A DNA stretch of 64,000 nt from Eledone cirrhosa (taxonomy: Eukaryota): the NCBI GenBank assembly GCA_964016885.1, contig OZ024742.1, forward strand, positions 11,594,001 to 11,658,000. Reading direction: 5' to 3'. The translations under genes and the position numbers were made by a program. Of this stretch, positions 15,001 through 30,000 are shown in pieces (position 1 is the first letter of the stretch; each line of letters starts with the position of its first letter). Under the pieces are notes generated by a model. The model worked only from the letters and a program-made list of their open reading frames with translations. It had not been told where the DNA came from and searched no databases.

Positions 15001-18000
15001 TTGTTATTGGTGTTGTTATTGGTGTTGTGGTTATTGGTGTTCTTATTGGTGTTGTTGTTATTGGTGTTGTTATTGGTGTTGTTATTGGTGCTGTTGTTAT
15101 TGGTTTTGTTGTTATTGGTGTTGTTGTTATTGGTGTTGTTGTTATTGGTGTTGTTGTTGGTGTTGTTGTTATTGGTGTTGTTGTTATTGATGTTGTTGTT
15201 ATTGGTGTTGTTATTGCTGTTGTTGTTATTGGTGTTGTTGTTATTGGTGTTGTTGTTATTGGTGTTGTTATTGCTGTTGTTGTTATTGGTGTTGTTGTTA
15301 TTGGTGTTGTTGTTATTGGTGTTGTTGTTGGTGTCGTTGTTATTGTTGTTGTTTTTATTGGTGTTGTGGTTGGTGTTGTTGTTATTGGTGTTGTTGTTAT
15401 TGGTGTTGTTCTTATTGGTGTTGTTGTTATTGGTGTTGTTGTTGGTGTTGTTGTTATTGGTGTTGTTATTGGTATTGTTGTTATTGGTGTTGTTATTGGT
15501 GTTGTTATTGGTGTTGTGGTTATTGGTGTTGTTGTTATTGGTGCTGTTATTGGTGTTGTTGTTATTGGTGTTGTTATTGGTGTTGTTGTTATTGGTGTTG
15601 TTATTGGTGTTGTTGTTATTGGTGTTGTTGTTGGTGTTGTTGTTATTGGTGTTGTTATTGGTGTTGTTGTTATTGGTGTTGTTGTTGGTGTTGTTGTTAT
15701 TGGTGTTGTTATTGGTGTTGTTGTTATTGGTGTTGTTATTGGTGTTGTTGTTATTGGTGTTGTTATTGGTGTTGTTATTGGTATTGTTGTTATTGGTGTT
15801 GTTGTTACTGGTGCTGTTATTGGTGTTGTTGTTATTGGTGTTGTTGTTATTGGTGTTGTTGTTATTGGTATTGTTGTTGGTGTTGTTGTTATTGGTGTTG
15901 TTATTGGTATTGTTGTTATTGGTGTTGTTGTTATTGGTGTTGTTATTGGTGTTGTTGTTATTGGTGTTGTTGTTATTGGTGTTGGTGTTGTTGTTATTGG
16001 TGTTGTTTTTATTGGTGTTGTTGTTGGTTTTGTTGTTATTGGTGTTGTTGTTATTGATGTTGTTGTTATTGGTGTTGTTGTTGGTGTTGTTGTTATTGGT
16101 GTTGTTATTGGTATAGTTGTTATTGGTGTTGTTATTGGTATTGTTGTTATGGGTGTTGTTATTGGTGTTGTTGTTATTGGTGTTGTTATTGGTGTTGTTG
16201 TTATTGGTGTTGTTGTTATTGGTGTTGTTCTTATTGGTGTTGTTATTGGTGTTGTTCTTATTGGTGTTGTTATTGGTGTTGTTATTGATATTGTTGTTAT
16301 TGGTGTTGTTGTTATTGGTGTTGTTATTGGTGTTGTTGTTATTGGTTTTGTTATTGGTGTTGTTGTTATTGATGTTGTTGTTATTGGTGTTGTTGTTGGT
16401 GTTGTTGTTATTGGTGTTGTTATTGGTATTGTTGTTATTGGTGCTGTTGTTATTCGTGTTGTTATTAATGATGTTGTTGTTATTGGTGTTGTTCTTATTG
16501 GTGTTGTTATTGGTGTTGTTATTGATATTGTTGTTATTGGTGTTGTTGTTATTGGTGTTGTTATTGGTGTTGTTGTTATTGGTGTTGTTATTATTGGTGT
16601 TGCTGTTATTGGTGTTGTTATTGGTGTTGTTGTTATTGGTGTTGTTGTTATTGCTGTTGTTGTTATTGGTGTTGTTGTTGGTGTTGTTGTTATTGGTGTT
16701 GTTATTGGTATTGTTGTTATTGGTGTTGTTATTGGTGTTGTGGTTATTGGTGTTGTTTTTATTGGTGCTGTTATTGGTGTTGTTGTTATTGGTGTTGTTG
16801 TTATTGGTGTTGTTATTGGTGTTGTTGTTATTGGTGTTGTTATTGGTGTTGTTGTTATTGGTGTTGTTATTGGTGTTGTTGTTATTGGTGTTGTTGTTGG
16901 TGTTGTTGTTATTGGTGCTGTTATTGGTGTTGTTGTTATTGGTGTTGTTATTGGTGTTGTTATTGGTGTTGTGGTTATTGGTGTTGTTATTGGTGTTGTT
17001 GTTATTGGTGTTGTTGTTATTGGTGTTGTTGTTATTGGTGTTGTTATTGGTGTTGTTATTGGTGCTGTTGTTATTGGTGCTGTTATTGGTGCTGTTATTG
17101 GTGTTGTTGTTATTGGTGTTGTTATTGGTGTTGTTATTGGTGTTGTTATTGGTGTTGTTATTGGTGTTGTTGTTATTGGTGTTGTTATTGGTGTTGTTGT
17201 TATTGGTGTTGTTGTTGGTGTTGTTGTTATTGGTGTTGTTATTGGTGTTGTTGTTATTGGTGTTGTTATTGGTGTTTTTGTTATTGGTGTTTTTGTTGGT
17301 GTTGTTTTTATTGGGGTTGTTTTTATTGGTGTTGTTGTTGGTGTTGTTGTTATTGATGTTGTTGTTATTGGTGTTGTTGTTGGTGTTGTTGTTATTGGTG
17401 TTGTTATTGGTGTTGTTGTTATTGGTGTTGTTGTTATTGGTGTTGTTGTTGGTGTTGTTATTGGTATTGTTGTTATTGGTGTTGTTGTTATTGGTGCTGT
17501 TATTGGTGTTGTGGTTATTGGTGTTGTTATTGGTGTTGTTGTTATTGGTGTTGTTGTTATTGGTGTTGTTATTGGTGTTGTTATTGGTGCTGTTGTTATT
17601 GGTGCTGTTATTGGTGTTGTTGTTATTGGTGTTTTTATTGGTGTTGTTATTGGTGTTGTGGTTATTGGTGTTGTTGTTATTGGTGTTGTTGTTATTGGTG
17701 TTGTTGTTATTGGTGTTGTTGTTGGTGTTGTTGTTATTGTTGTTGTTTTTATTGGTGTTGTTGTTATTGGTGTTGGTGTTGGTGTTGTTGTTATTGGTGT
17801 TGTTGTTATTGGTGTTGTTGTTGGTGTTGTTGTTATTGTTGTTGTTTTTATTGGTGTTGCGGTTGGTGTTGTTGTTATTGGTGTTGTTGTTGGTGTTGTT
17901 GTTATTGGTGTTGTTATTGGTGTTGTTGTTATTGGTGTTGTTGTTGGTGTTGATTTTATTGGTGATGTTATTGGTATTGTTGTTATTGGTGTTGTTATTG

Positions 18001-21000
18001 GTGTTGTGGTTATTGGTGTTGTTGTTATTGGTGCTGTTATTGGTGTTGTTGTTATTGGTGTTGTTATTGGTGTTGTTATTGGTGTTGTTGTTATTGGTGT
18101 TGTTGTAATTGGTGTTGTTGTTATTGGTGTTGTTATTGGTGTTGTTGTTATTGGTGTTGTTGTTATTGGTGTTGTTGTTATTGGTATTGTTGTTGGTGTT
18201 GTTGTTATTGGTGTTGTTATTGGTATTGTTGTTATTGGTGTTGTTGTTATTGGTGTTGTTATTGGTGTTGTTGTTATTGGTGTTGTTGTTATTGGTGTTG
18301 GTGTTGTTGTTATTGGTGTTGTTTTTATTGGTGTTGTTGTTGGTTTTGTTGTTATTGGTGTTGTTGTTATTGATGTTGTTGTTATTGGTGTTGTTGTTGG
18401 TGTTGTTGTTATTGGTGTTGTTATTGGTATAGTTGTTATTGGTGTTGTTATTGGTATTGTTGTTATGGGTGTTGTTATTGGTGTTGTTGTTATTGGTGTT
18501 GTTATTGGTGTTGTTGTTATTGGTGTTGTTGTTATTGGTGTTGTTCTTATTGGTGTTGTTATTGGTGTTGTTGTTATTGGTGTTGTTGTTATTGGTTTTG
18601 TTATTGGTGTTGTTGTTATTGATGTTGTTGTTATTGGTGTTGTTGTTGGTGTTGTTGTTATTGGTGTTGTTATTGGTATTGTTGTTATTGGTGCTGTTGT
18701 TATTGGTGTTGTTATTAATGATGTTGTTGTTATTGGTGTTGTTCTTATTGGTGTTGTTATTGGTGTTGTTATTGATATTGTTGTTATTGGTGTTGTTGTT
18801 ATTGGTGTTGTTATTGGTGTTGTTGTTATTGGTGTTGTTATTATTGGTGTTGCTGTTATTGGTGTTGTTATTGGTGTTGTTGTTATTGGTGTTGTTGTTA
18901 TTGCTGTTGTTGTTATTGGTGTTGTTGTTGGTGTTGTTGTTATTGGTGTTGTTATTGGTATTGTTGTTATTGGTGTTGTTATTGGTGTTGTGGTTATTGG
19001 TGTTGTTTTTATTGGTGCTGTTATTGGTGTTGTTGTTATTGGTGTTGTTGTTATTGGTGTTGTTATTGGTGTTGTTGTTATTGGTGTTGTTATTGGTGTT
19101 GTTGTTATTGGTGTTGTTATTGGTGTTGTTGTTATTGGTGTTGTTGTTGGTGTTGTTGTTATTGGTGCTGTTATTGGTGTTGTTGTTATTGGTGTTGTTA
19201 TTGGTGTTGTTATTGGTGTTGTGGTTATTGGTGTTGTTATTGGTGTTGTTGTTATTGGTGTTGTTGTTATTGGTGTTGTTGTTATTGGTGTTGTTATTGG
19301 TGTTGTTATTGGTGCTGTTGTTATTGGTGCTGTTATTGGTGCTGTTATTGGTGTTGTTGTTATTGGTGTTGTTATTGGTGTTGTTATTGGTGTTGTTATT
19401 GGTGTTGTTATTGGTGTTGTTGTTATTGGTGTTGTTATTGGTGTTGTTGTTATTGGTGTTGTTGTTGGTGTTGTTGTTATTGGTGTTGTTATTGGTGTTG
19501 TTGTTATTGGTGTTGTTATTGGTGTTTTTGTTATTGGTGTTTTTGTTGGTGTTGTTTTTATTGGGGTTGTTTTTATTGGTGTTGTTGTTGGTGTTGTTGT
19601 TATTGATGTTGTTGTTATTGGTGTTGTTGTTGGTGTTGTTGTTATTGGTGTTGTTATTGGTGTTGTTGTTATTGGTGTTGTTGTTATTGGTGTTGTTGTT
19701 GGTGTTGTTATTGGTATTGGTGTTATTGGTGTTGTTGTTATTGGTGCTGTTATTGGTGTTGTGGTTATTGGTGTTGTTATTGGTGTTGTTGTTATTGGTG
19801 TTGTTGTTATTGGTGTTGTTATTGGTGTTGTTATTGGTGCTGTTGTTATTGGTGCTGTTATTGGTGTTGTTGTTATTGGTGTTTTTATTGGTGTTGTTAT
19901 TGGTGTTGTGGTTATTGGTGTTGTTGTTATTGGTGTTGTTGTTATTGGTGTTGTTGTTATTGGTGTTGTTGTTGGTGTTGTTGTTATTGTTGTTGTTTTT
20001 ATTGGTGTTGTTGTTATTGGTGTTGGTGTTGGTGTTGTTGTTATTGGTGTTGTTGTTATTGGTGTTGTTGTTGGTGTTGTTGTTATTGTTGTTGTTTTTA
20101 TTGGTGTTGCGGTTGGTGTTGTTGTTATTGGTGTTGTTGTTGGTGTTGTTGTTATTGGTGTTGTTATTGGTGTTGTTGTTATTGGTGTTGTTGTTGGTGT
20201 TGATTTTATTGGTGTTGTTATTGGTATTGTTGTTATTGGTGTTGTTATTGGTGTTGTGGTTATTGGTCTTGTTGTTATTGGTGCTGTTATTGGTGTTGTT
20301 GTTATTGGTGTTGTTATTGGTGTTGTTATTGGTGTTGTTGTTATTGGTGTTGTTATTGGTGTTGTTGTTATTGGTGTTGTTGTTGGTGTTGTTGTTATTG
20401 GTGTTGTTATTGGTATTGTTGTTATTGGTGTTGTTATTGGTGTTGTTGTTATTGGTGTTGTGGTTATTGGTGTTGTTGTTATTGGTGTTGTTGTTGGTGT
20501 TGTTGTTATTGGTGTTGTTGTTATTGGTGTTGTTGTTATTGGTGTTGTTGTTGGTGTTGTTGTTATTGGTGTTGTTATTGGTATTGTTGTTATTGGTGTT
20601 GTTATTGGTGTTGTGGTTATTGGTGTTTTTATTGGTGTTGTTGTTATTGGGGTTGTTTTTATTGGTGTTGTTGTTGGTGTTGTTGTTATTGTTGTTGTTT
20701 TTATTGGTGTTGTTGTTATTGGTGTTGGTGTTGGTGTTGTTGTTATTGGTGTTGTTGTTATTGGTGTTGTTGTTGGTGTTGTTGTTATTGTTGTTGTTTT
20801 TATTGGTGTTGCGGTTGGTGTTGTTGTTATTGGTGTTGTTGTTGGTGTTGTTGTTATTGGTGTTGTTATTGGTGTTGTTGTTATTGGTGTTGTTGTTGGT
20901 GTTGATTTTATTGGTGTTGTTATTGGTATTGTTGTTATTGGTGTTGTTATTGGTGTTGTGGTTATTGGTCTTGTTGTTATTGGTGCTGTTATTGGTGTTG

Positions 21001-24000
21001 CGGTTATTGGTGTTGTTGTTATTGGTGTTGTTGTTGGTGTTGTTGTTATTGGTGTTGTTGTTATTGGTGTTGTTGTTATTGGTGTTGTTGTTGGTGTTGT
21101 TGTTATTGGTGTTGTTATTGGTATTGTTGTTATTGGTGTTGTTATTGGTGTTGTTGTTATTGGTGTTGTGGTTATTGGTGTTGTTGTTATTGGTGTTGTT
21201 GTTGTTATTGGTGTTGTTGTTATTGGTGTTGTTGTTATTGGTGTTGTTGTTGGTGTTGTTGTTATTGGTGTTGTTATTGGTATTGTTGTTATTGGTGTTG
21301 TTATTGGTGTTGTGGTTATTGGTGTTTTTATTGGTGTTGTTGTTATTGGGGTTGTTTTTATTGGTGTTGTTGTTGGTGTTGTTGTTATTGATGTTGTTGT
21401 TATTGGTGTTGTTGTTGGTGTTGTTGTTATTGGTGTTGTTATTGGTGTTGTTGTTATTGGTGTTGTTATTGGTGTTGTTGTTATTGGTGTTTTTATTGGT
21501 GTTGTTGTTATTGGGGTTGTTTTTATTGGTGTTGTTGTTGGTGTTGTTGTTATTGATGTTGTTGTTATTGGTGTTGTTGTTGGTGTTGTTGTTATTGGTG
21601 TTGTTATTGGTGTTGTTGTTATTGGTGTTGTTGTTGGTGTTGTTGTTATTGGTGTTGTTATTGGTGTTGTTGTTATTGGTGTTGTTATTGGTGTTGTTGT
21701 TATTGGTGTTTTTATTGGTGTTGTTGTTATTGGGGTTGTTTTTATTGGTGTTGTTGTTGGTGTTGTTGTTATTGATGTTGTTGTTATTGGTGTTGTTGTT
21801 GGTGTTGTTGTTATTGGTGTTGTTATTGGTGTTGTTGTTATTGGTGTTGTTATTGGTGTTGTTGTTATTGGTGTTGTTGTTATTGGTGCTGTTATTGGTG
21901 TTGTTATTGGTGTTGTTGTTATTGGTGTTGTTATTGGTGTTGTTGTTATTGGTGTTTTTATTGGTGTTGTTGTTATTGGGGTTGTTTTTATTGGTGTTGT
22001 TGTTGGTGTTGTTGTTATTGATGTTGTTGTTATTGGTGTTGTTGTTGGTGTTGTTGTTATTGGTGTTGTTGTTATTGGTGTTGTTGTTGGTGTTGTTGTT
22101 ATTGGTGTTGTTATTGGTGTTGTTGTTATTGGTGTTGTTATTGGTGTCGTTGTTATTGGTGTTTTTATTGGTGTTGTTGTTATTGGGGTTGTTTTTATTG
22201 GTGTTGTTGTTGGTGTTGTTGTTATTGATGTTGTTGTTATTGGTGTTGTTGTTGGTGTTGTTGTTATTGGTGTTGTTATTGGTGTTGTTGTTATTGGTGT
22301 TGTTATTGGTGTTGTTATTGGTGTTGTTATTCGTGTTGTTATTGGTATTGTTGTTATTGGTGTTGTTTTTACTGGTGCTGTTATTGGTGTTGTTGTTATT
22401 GGTGTTGTTATTGGTGTTGTTATTGGTGTTGTGGTTATTGGTGTTCTTATTGGTGTTGTTGTTATTGGTGTTGTTATTGGTGTTGTTATTGGTGCTGTTG
22501 TTATTGGTTTTGTTGTTATTGGTGTTGTTGTTATTGGTGTTGTTGTTATTGGTGTTGTTGTTGGTGTTGTTGTTATTGGTGTTGTTGTTATTGATGTTGT
22601 TGTTATTGGTGTTGTTGTTGGTGTTGTTGTTATTGGTATTGTTATTGGTGTTGTTGTTATTGGTGTTGTTATTGCTGTTGTTGTTATTGGTGTTGTTGTT
22701 ATTGGTGCTGTTATTGGTGCTGTTGTTATTGTTGCTGTTATTGGTGTTGTTGTTATTGGTGTTGTTATTGGTGTTGTTATTGGTGTTGTTATTGGTGTTG
22801 TGGTTATTGGTGTTGTTGTTATTGGTGTTGTTGTTATTGGTGTTGTTGTTATTGGTGTTGTTGTTGGTGTCGTTGTTATTGTTGTTGTTTTTATTGGTGT
22901 TGTGGTTGGTGTTGTTGTTATTGGTGTTGTTGTTATTGGTGTTGTTCTTATTGGTGTTGTTGTTATGTTATTGGTGTTGTTGTTGGTGTTGTTGTTATTG
23001 GTGTTATTATTGGTATTGTTGTTATTGGTGTTGTTATTGGTGTTGTTATTGGTGTTGTGGTTATTGGTGTTGTTGTTATTGGTGCTGTTATTGGTGTTGT
23101 TGTTATTGGTGTTGTTATTGGTGTTGTTGTTATTGCTGTTGTTATTGGTGTTGTTGTTATTGGTGTTGTTGTTGGTGTTGTTGTTATTGGTGTTGTTATT
23201 GGTGTTGTTGTTATTGGTGTTGTTGTTGGTGTTGTTGTTATTGGTGTTGTTATTGGTGTTGTTGTTATTGGTGTTGTTATTGGTGTTGTTGTTATTGGTG
23301 TTGTTATTGGTGTTGTTATTGGTATTGTTGTTATTGGTGTTGTTGTTACTGGTGCTGTTATTGGTGTTGTTGTTATTGGTGTTGTTATTGGTGTTGTTAT
23401 TGGTGCTGTTGTTATTGGTATTGTTGTTATTTTTGTTGTGGTTATTGGTGTTGTTATTGGTGTTGTTGTTATTGGTGTTGTTATTGGTGTTGTTATTGGT
23501 GCTGTTGTTATTGGTTTTGTTGTTATTGGTGTTGTTGTTATTGGTGTTGTTGTTATTGGTGTTGTTGTTGGTGTTGTTGTTATTGGTGTTGTTGTTATTG
23601 ATGTTGTTGTTATTGGTGTTGTTGTTATTGGTGTTGTTATTGGTGTTGTTGTTATTGGTGTTGTTATTGTTGTTGTTATTGGTGTTGTGGTTATTGGTGT
23701 TGTTATTGGTGTTGTTATTAATGGTGTTGTTGTTATTGGTGTTATTGTTATTGTTGTTGTTTTTATTGGTGTTGTTGTTGGTGTTGTTGTTATTGGTGTT
23801 GTTGTTATTGATGTTGTTGTTATTGGTGCTGTTATTGGTGTTGTTGTTATTGGTGTTGTTATTGGTGTTGTTATTAATGGTGTTGTTGTTATTGGTATTG
23901 TTATTGGTGTTGTTGTTATTGGTGTTGTTATTGGTGTTGTTGTTATTGGTGTTGTTATTGGTGTTGTTATTAATGGTGTTGTTGTTATTGGTATTGTTAT

Positions 24001-27000
24001 TGGTGTTGTTATTGGTGCTGTTGTTATTGGTGTTGTTGTTATTGGTGTTGTTTTTATTGGTGTTGTTGTTGGTGTTGTTGTTATTGGTGTTGTTGTTATT
24101 GATGTTGTTATTATTGGTGTTGTTGTTGGTGTTGTTGTTATTGGTATTGTTATTGGTGTTGTTGTTATTGGTGTTGTTGTAATTGGTGTTGTTATTATTG
24201 GTGTTGGTATTGGTGTTGTTGTTATTGGTGTTGTTGTTATTGGTGTTGTTGTTATTGGTGTTGTTGTTGGTATTGTTGTTATTGGTGTTGTTATTGGTGT
24301 TGTTGTTATTGGTGTTGTGGTTATTGGTGTTGTTGTTATTGGTGTTGTTGTTGGTGTTGTTGTTATTGGTGTTGTTGTTATTGGTGTTGTTGTTATTGGT
24401 GTTGTTGTTGGTGTTGTTGTTATTGGTGTTGTTATTGGTGTTGTGGTTATTGGTGTTTTTATTGGTGTTGTTGTTATTGGGGTTGTTTTTATTGGTGTTG
24501 TTGTTGGTGTTGTTGTTATTGGTGTTGTTGTTATTGGTGTTGTTATTGGTGTTGTGGTTATTGGTGTTTTTATTGGTGTTGTTGTTATTGGGGTTGTTTT
24601 TATTGGTGTTGTTGTTGGTGTTGTTGTTATTGGTGTTGTTGTTATTGGTGTTGTTGTTGGTGTTGTTGTTATTGGTGTTGTTATTGGTGTTGTTGTTATT
24701 GGTGTTGTTATTGGTGTTGTTGTTATTGGTGTTTTTATTGGTGTTGTTGTTATTGGGGTTGTTTTTATTGGTGTTGTTGTTGGTGTTGTTGTTATTGATG
24801 TTGTTGTTATTGGTGTTGTTGTTGGTGTTGTTGTTATTGGTGTTGTTATTGGTGTTGTTGTTATTGGTGTTGTTGTTGGTGTTGTTGTTATTGGTGTTGT
24901 TATTGGTGTTGTTGTTATTGGTGTTGTTATTGGTGTTGTTGTTATTGGTGTTTTTATTGGTGTTGTTGTTATTGGGGTTGTTTTTATTGGTGTTGTTGTT
25001 GGTGTTGTTGTTATTGATGTTGTTGTTATTGGTGTTGTTGTTGGTGTTGTTGTTATTGGTGTTGTTATTGGTGTTGTTGTTATTGGTGTTGTTATTGGTG
25101 TTGTTATTGGTGTTGTTATTCGTGTTGTTATTGGTATTGTTGTTATTGGTGTTGTTGTTACTGGTGCTGTTATTGGTGTTGTTGTTATTGGTGTTGTTAT
25201 TGGTGTTGTTATTGGTGTTGTGGTTATTGGTGTTCTTATTGGTGTTGTTGTTATTGGTGTTGTTATTGGTGTTGTTATTGGTGCTGTTGTTATTGGTTTT
25301 GTTGTTATTGGTGTTGTTGTTATTGGTGTTGTTGTTATTGGTGTTGTTGTTGGTGTTGTTGTTATTGGTGTTGTTGTTATTGATGTTGTTGTTATTGGTG
25401 TTGTTGTTGGTGTTGTTGTTATTGGTATTGTTATTGGTGTTGTTGTTATTGGTGTTGTTATTGCTGTTGTTGTTATTGGTGTTGTTGTTATTGGTGTTGT
25501 TGTTATTGGTGTTGTTGTTGGTGTCGTTGTTATTGTTGTTGTTTTTATTGGTGTTGTGGTTGGTGTTGTTGTTATTGGTGTTGTTGTTATTGGTGTTGTT
25601 CTTATTGGTGTTGTTGTTATTGGTGTTGTTGTTGGTGTTGTTGTTATTGGTGTTGTTATTGGTATTGTTGTTATTGGTGTTGTTATTGGTGTTGTTATTG
25701 GTGTTGTGGTTATTGGTGTTGTTGTTATTGGGGCTGTTATTGGTGTTGTTGTTATTGGTGTTGTTATTGGTGTTGTTGTTATTGGTGTTGTTATTGGTGT
25801 TGTTGTTATTGGTGTTGTTGTTGGTGTTGTTGTTATTGGTGTTGTTATTGGTGTTGTTGTTACTGGTGCTGTTATTGGTGTTGTTGTTATTGGTGTTGTT
25901 ATTGGTGTTGTTATTGGTGCTGTTGTTATTGGTATTGTTGTTATTGGTGTTGTGGTTATTGGTGTTGTTATTGGTGTTGTTGTTATTGGTGTTGTTATTG
26001 GTGTTGTTATTGGTGCTGTTGTTATTGGTTTTGTTGTTATTGGTGTTGTTGTTATTGGTGTTGTTGTTATTGGTGTTGTTGTTGGTGTTGTTGTTATTGG
26101 TGTTGTTGTTATTGATGTTGTTGTTATTGGTGTTGTTGTTATTGGTGTTGTTATTGGTGTTGTTGTTATTGGTGTTGTTATTGTTGTTGTTATTGGTGTT
26201 GTGGTTATTGGTATTGTTATTGGTGTTGTTATTAATGGTGTTGTTGTTATTGATGTTGTTGTTATTGTTGTTGTTTTTATTGGTGTTGTTGTTGGTGTTG
26301 TTGTTATTGGTGTTGTTGTTATTGATGTTCTTGTTATTGGTGCTGTTATTGGTGTTGTTGTTATTGGTGTTGTTATTGGTGTTGTTATTAATGGTGTTGT
26401 TGTTATTGGTATTGTTATTGGTGTTGTTGTTATTGGTGTTGTTATTGGTGTTGTTGTTATTTGTGTTGTTATTGGTGTTGTTATTAATGGTGTTGTTGTT
26501 ATTGGTATTGTTATTGGTGTTGTTATTGGTGCTGTTGTTATTGGTGTTGTTGTTATTGGTGTTGTTTTTATTGGTGTTGTTGTTGGTGTTGTTGTTATTG
26601 GTGTTGTTGTTATTGATGTTGTTATTATTGGTGTTGTTGTTGGTGTTGTTGTTATTGGTATTGTTATTGGTGTTGTTGTTATTGGTGTTGTTGTAATTGG
26701 TATTGTTGTTATTTGTGTTGTTATTGGTGTTGTTGTTATTGGTGTTGTTGTTATTGGTGTTGTTGTTATTGGTGTTGTTGTTGGTGTTGTTGTTATTGGT
26801 GTTGTTATTGGTATTGTTGTTATTGGTGTTGTTGTTATTGGTGTTGTTATTGGTGTTGTTGTTATTGGTGTTGTTGTTATTGGTGTTGGTGTTGTTGTTA
26901 TTTGTGTTGTTTTTATTGGTGTTGTTGTTGGTTTTGTTGTTATTGGTGTTGTTGTTATTGATGTTGTTGTTATTGGTGTTGTTGTTGGTGTTGTTGTTAT

Positions 27001-30000
27001 TGGTGTTGTTATTGGTATAGTTGTTATTGGTGTTGTTATTGGTATTGTTGTTATGGGTGTTGTTATTGAAGTTGTTGTTATTGGTGTTGTTATTGGTGTT
27101 GTTGTTATTGGTGTTGTTGTTATTGGTGTTGTTCTTATTGGTGTTGTTATTGGTGTTGTTGTTATTGGTGTTGTTGTTATTGGTTTTGTTATTGGTGTTG
27201 TTGTTATTGATGTTGTTGTTATTGGTGTTGTTGTTGGTGTTGTTGTTATTGGTGTTGTTATTGGTATTGTTGTTATTGGTGCTGTTGTTATTGGTGTTGT
27301 TATTAATGATGTTGTTGTTATTGGTGTTGTTCTTATTGGTGTTGTTATTGGTGTTGTTATTGATATTGTTGTTATTGGTGTTGTTGTTATTGGTGTTGTT
27401 ATTGGTGTTGTTGTTATTGGTGTTGTTATTATTGGTGTTGCTGTTATTGGTGTTGTTATTGGTGTTGTTGTTATTGGTGTTGTTGTTATTGCTGTTGTTG
27501 TTATTGGTGTTGTTGTTGGTGTTGTTGTTATTGGTGTTGTTATTGGTATTGTTGTTATTGGTGTTGTTATTGGTGTTGTTATTGGTGTTGTGGTTATTGG
27601 TGTTGTTTTTATTGGTGCTGTTATTGGTGTTGTTGTTATTGGTGTTGTTGTTATTGGTGTTGTTATTGGTGTTGTTGTTATTGGTGTTGTTATTGGTGTT
27701 GTTGTTATTGGTGTTGTTATAGGTGTTGTTGTTATTGGTGTTGTTGTTGGTGTTGTTGTTATTGGTGCTGTTATTGGTGTTGTTGTTATTGGTGTTGTTA
27801 TTGGTGTTGTTATTGGTGTTGTGGTTATTGGTGTTGTTATTGGTGTTGTTGTTATTGGTGTTGTTGTTATTGGTGTTGTTGTTATTGGTGTTGTTATTGG
27901 TGTTGTTATTGGTGCTGTTGTTATTGGTGCTGTTATTGGTGCTGTTATTGGTGTTGTTGTTATTGGTGTTGTTATTGGTGTTGTTATTGGTGTTGTTATT
28001 GGTGTTGTTATTGGTGTTGTTGTTATTGGTGTTGTTATTGGTGTTGTTGTTATTGGTGTTGTTGTTGGTGTTGTTGTTATTGGTGTTGTTATTGGTGTTG
28101 TTGTTATTGGTGTTGTTATTGGTGTTTTTGTTATTGGTGTTTTTGTTGGTGTTGTTTTTATTGGGGTTGTTTTTATTGGTGTTGTTGTTGGTGTTGTTGT
28201 TATTGATGTTGTTGTTATTGGTGTTGTTGTTGGTGTTGTTGTTATTGGTGTTGTTATTGGTGTTGTTGTTATTGGTGTTGTTGTTATTGGTGTTGTTGTT
28301 GGTGTTGTTATTGGTATTGTTGTTATTGGTGTTGTTGTTATTGGTGCTGTTATTGGTGTTGTGGTTATTGGTGTTGTTATTGGTGTTGTTGTTATTGGTG
28401 TTGTTGTTATTGGTGTTGTTATTGGTGTTGTTATTGGTGCTGTTGTTATTGGTGCTGTTATTGGTGTTGTTATTGGTGTTGTGGTTATTGGTGTTGTTGT
28501 TATTGGTGTTGTTGTTATTGGTGTTGTTGTTATTGGTGTTGTTGTTGGTGTTGTTGTTATTGTTGTTGTTTTTATTGGTGTTGTTGTTATTGGTGTTGGT
28601 GTTGGTTTTGTTGTTATTGGTGTTGCTGTTATTGGTGTTGTTGTTGGTGTTGTTGTTATTGTTGTTGTTTTTATTGGTGTTGCGGTTGGTGTTGTTGTTA
28701 TTGGTGTTGTTGTTGGTGTTGTTGTTATTGGTGTTGTTATTGGTGTTGTTGTTATTGGTGTTGTTGTTGGTGTTGATTTTATTGGTGTTGTTATTGGTAT
28801 TGTTGTTATTGGTGTTGTTATTGGTGTTGTGGTTATTGGTGTTGTTGTTATTGGTGCTGTTATTGGTGTTGTTGTTATTGGTGTTGTTATTGGTGTTGTT
28901 ATTGGTGTTGTTGTTATTGGTGTTGTTATTGGTGTTGTTGTTATTGGTGTTGTTGTTATTGGGGTTGTTTTTATTGGTGTTGTTGTTGGTGTTGTTGTTA
29001 TTGATGTTGTTGTTATTGGTGTTGTTGTTGGTGTTGTTGTTATTGGTGTTGTTATTGGTGTTGTTGTTATTGGTGTTGTTGTTATTGGTGTTGTTATTCG
29101 TGTTGTTATTGGTATTGTTGTTATTGGTGTTGTTGTTACTGGTGCTGTTATTGGTGTTGTTGTTATTGGTGTTGTTATTTGTGTTGTTGTTATTGGTGTT
29201 CTTATTGGTGTTGTTGTTATTGGTGTTGTTATTGGTGTTGTTATTGGTGCTGTTGTTATTGGTTTTGTTGTTATTGGTGTTGTTGTTATTGGTGTTGTTG
29301 TTATTGGTGTTGTTGTTGGTGTTGTTGTTATTGGTGTTGTTGTTATTGATGTTGTTGTTATTGGTGTTGTTGTTGGTGTTGTTGTTATTGGTATTGTTAT
29401 TGGTGTTGTTGTTATTGGTGTTGTTATTGCTGTTGTTGTTATTGGTGTTGTTGTTATTGGTGCTGTTATTGGTGCTGTTGTTATTGGTGCTGTTATTGGT
29501 GTTGTTGTTATTGGTGTTGTTATTGGTGTTGTTATTGGTGTTGTGGTTATTGGTGTTGTTGTTATTGGTGTTGTTGTTATTGGTGTTGTTGTTATTGGTG
29601 TTGTTGTTGGTGTCGTTGTTATCGTTGTTGTTTTATTGGTGGTGTGGTTGGTGTTGTTGTTATTGGTGTTGTTGTTATTGGTGTTGTTGTTGGTGTTGTT
29701 GTTATTGGTGTTGTTATTAGTATTGTTGTTATTGGTGTTGTTATTGGTGTTGTTATTGGTGTTGTGGTTATTGGTGTTGTTGTTATTGGTGCTGTTATTG
29801 GTGTTGTTGTTATTGGTGTTGTTATTGGTGTTGTTGTTATTGGTGTTGTTATTGGTGTTGTTGTTATTGGTGTTGTTGTTGGTGTTGTTGTTATTGGTGT
29901 TGTTGTTGGTGTTGTTGTTATTGGTGTTGTTGTTGGTGTTGTTGTTATTTGTGTTGATATTGGTGTTGTTGTTATTGGTGTTGTTATTGGTGTTGTTGTT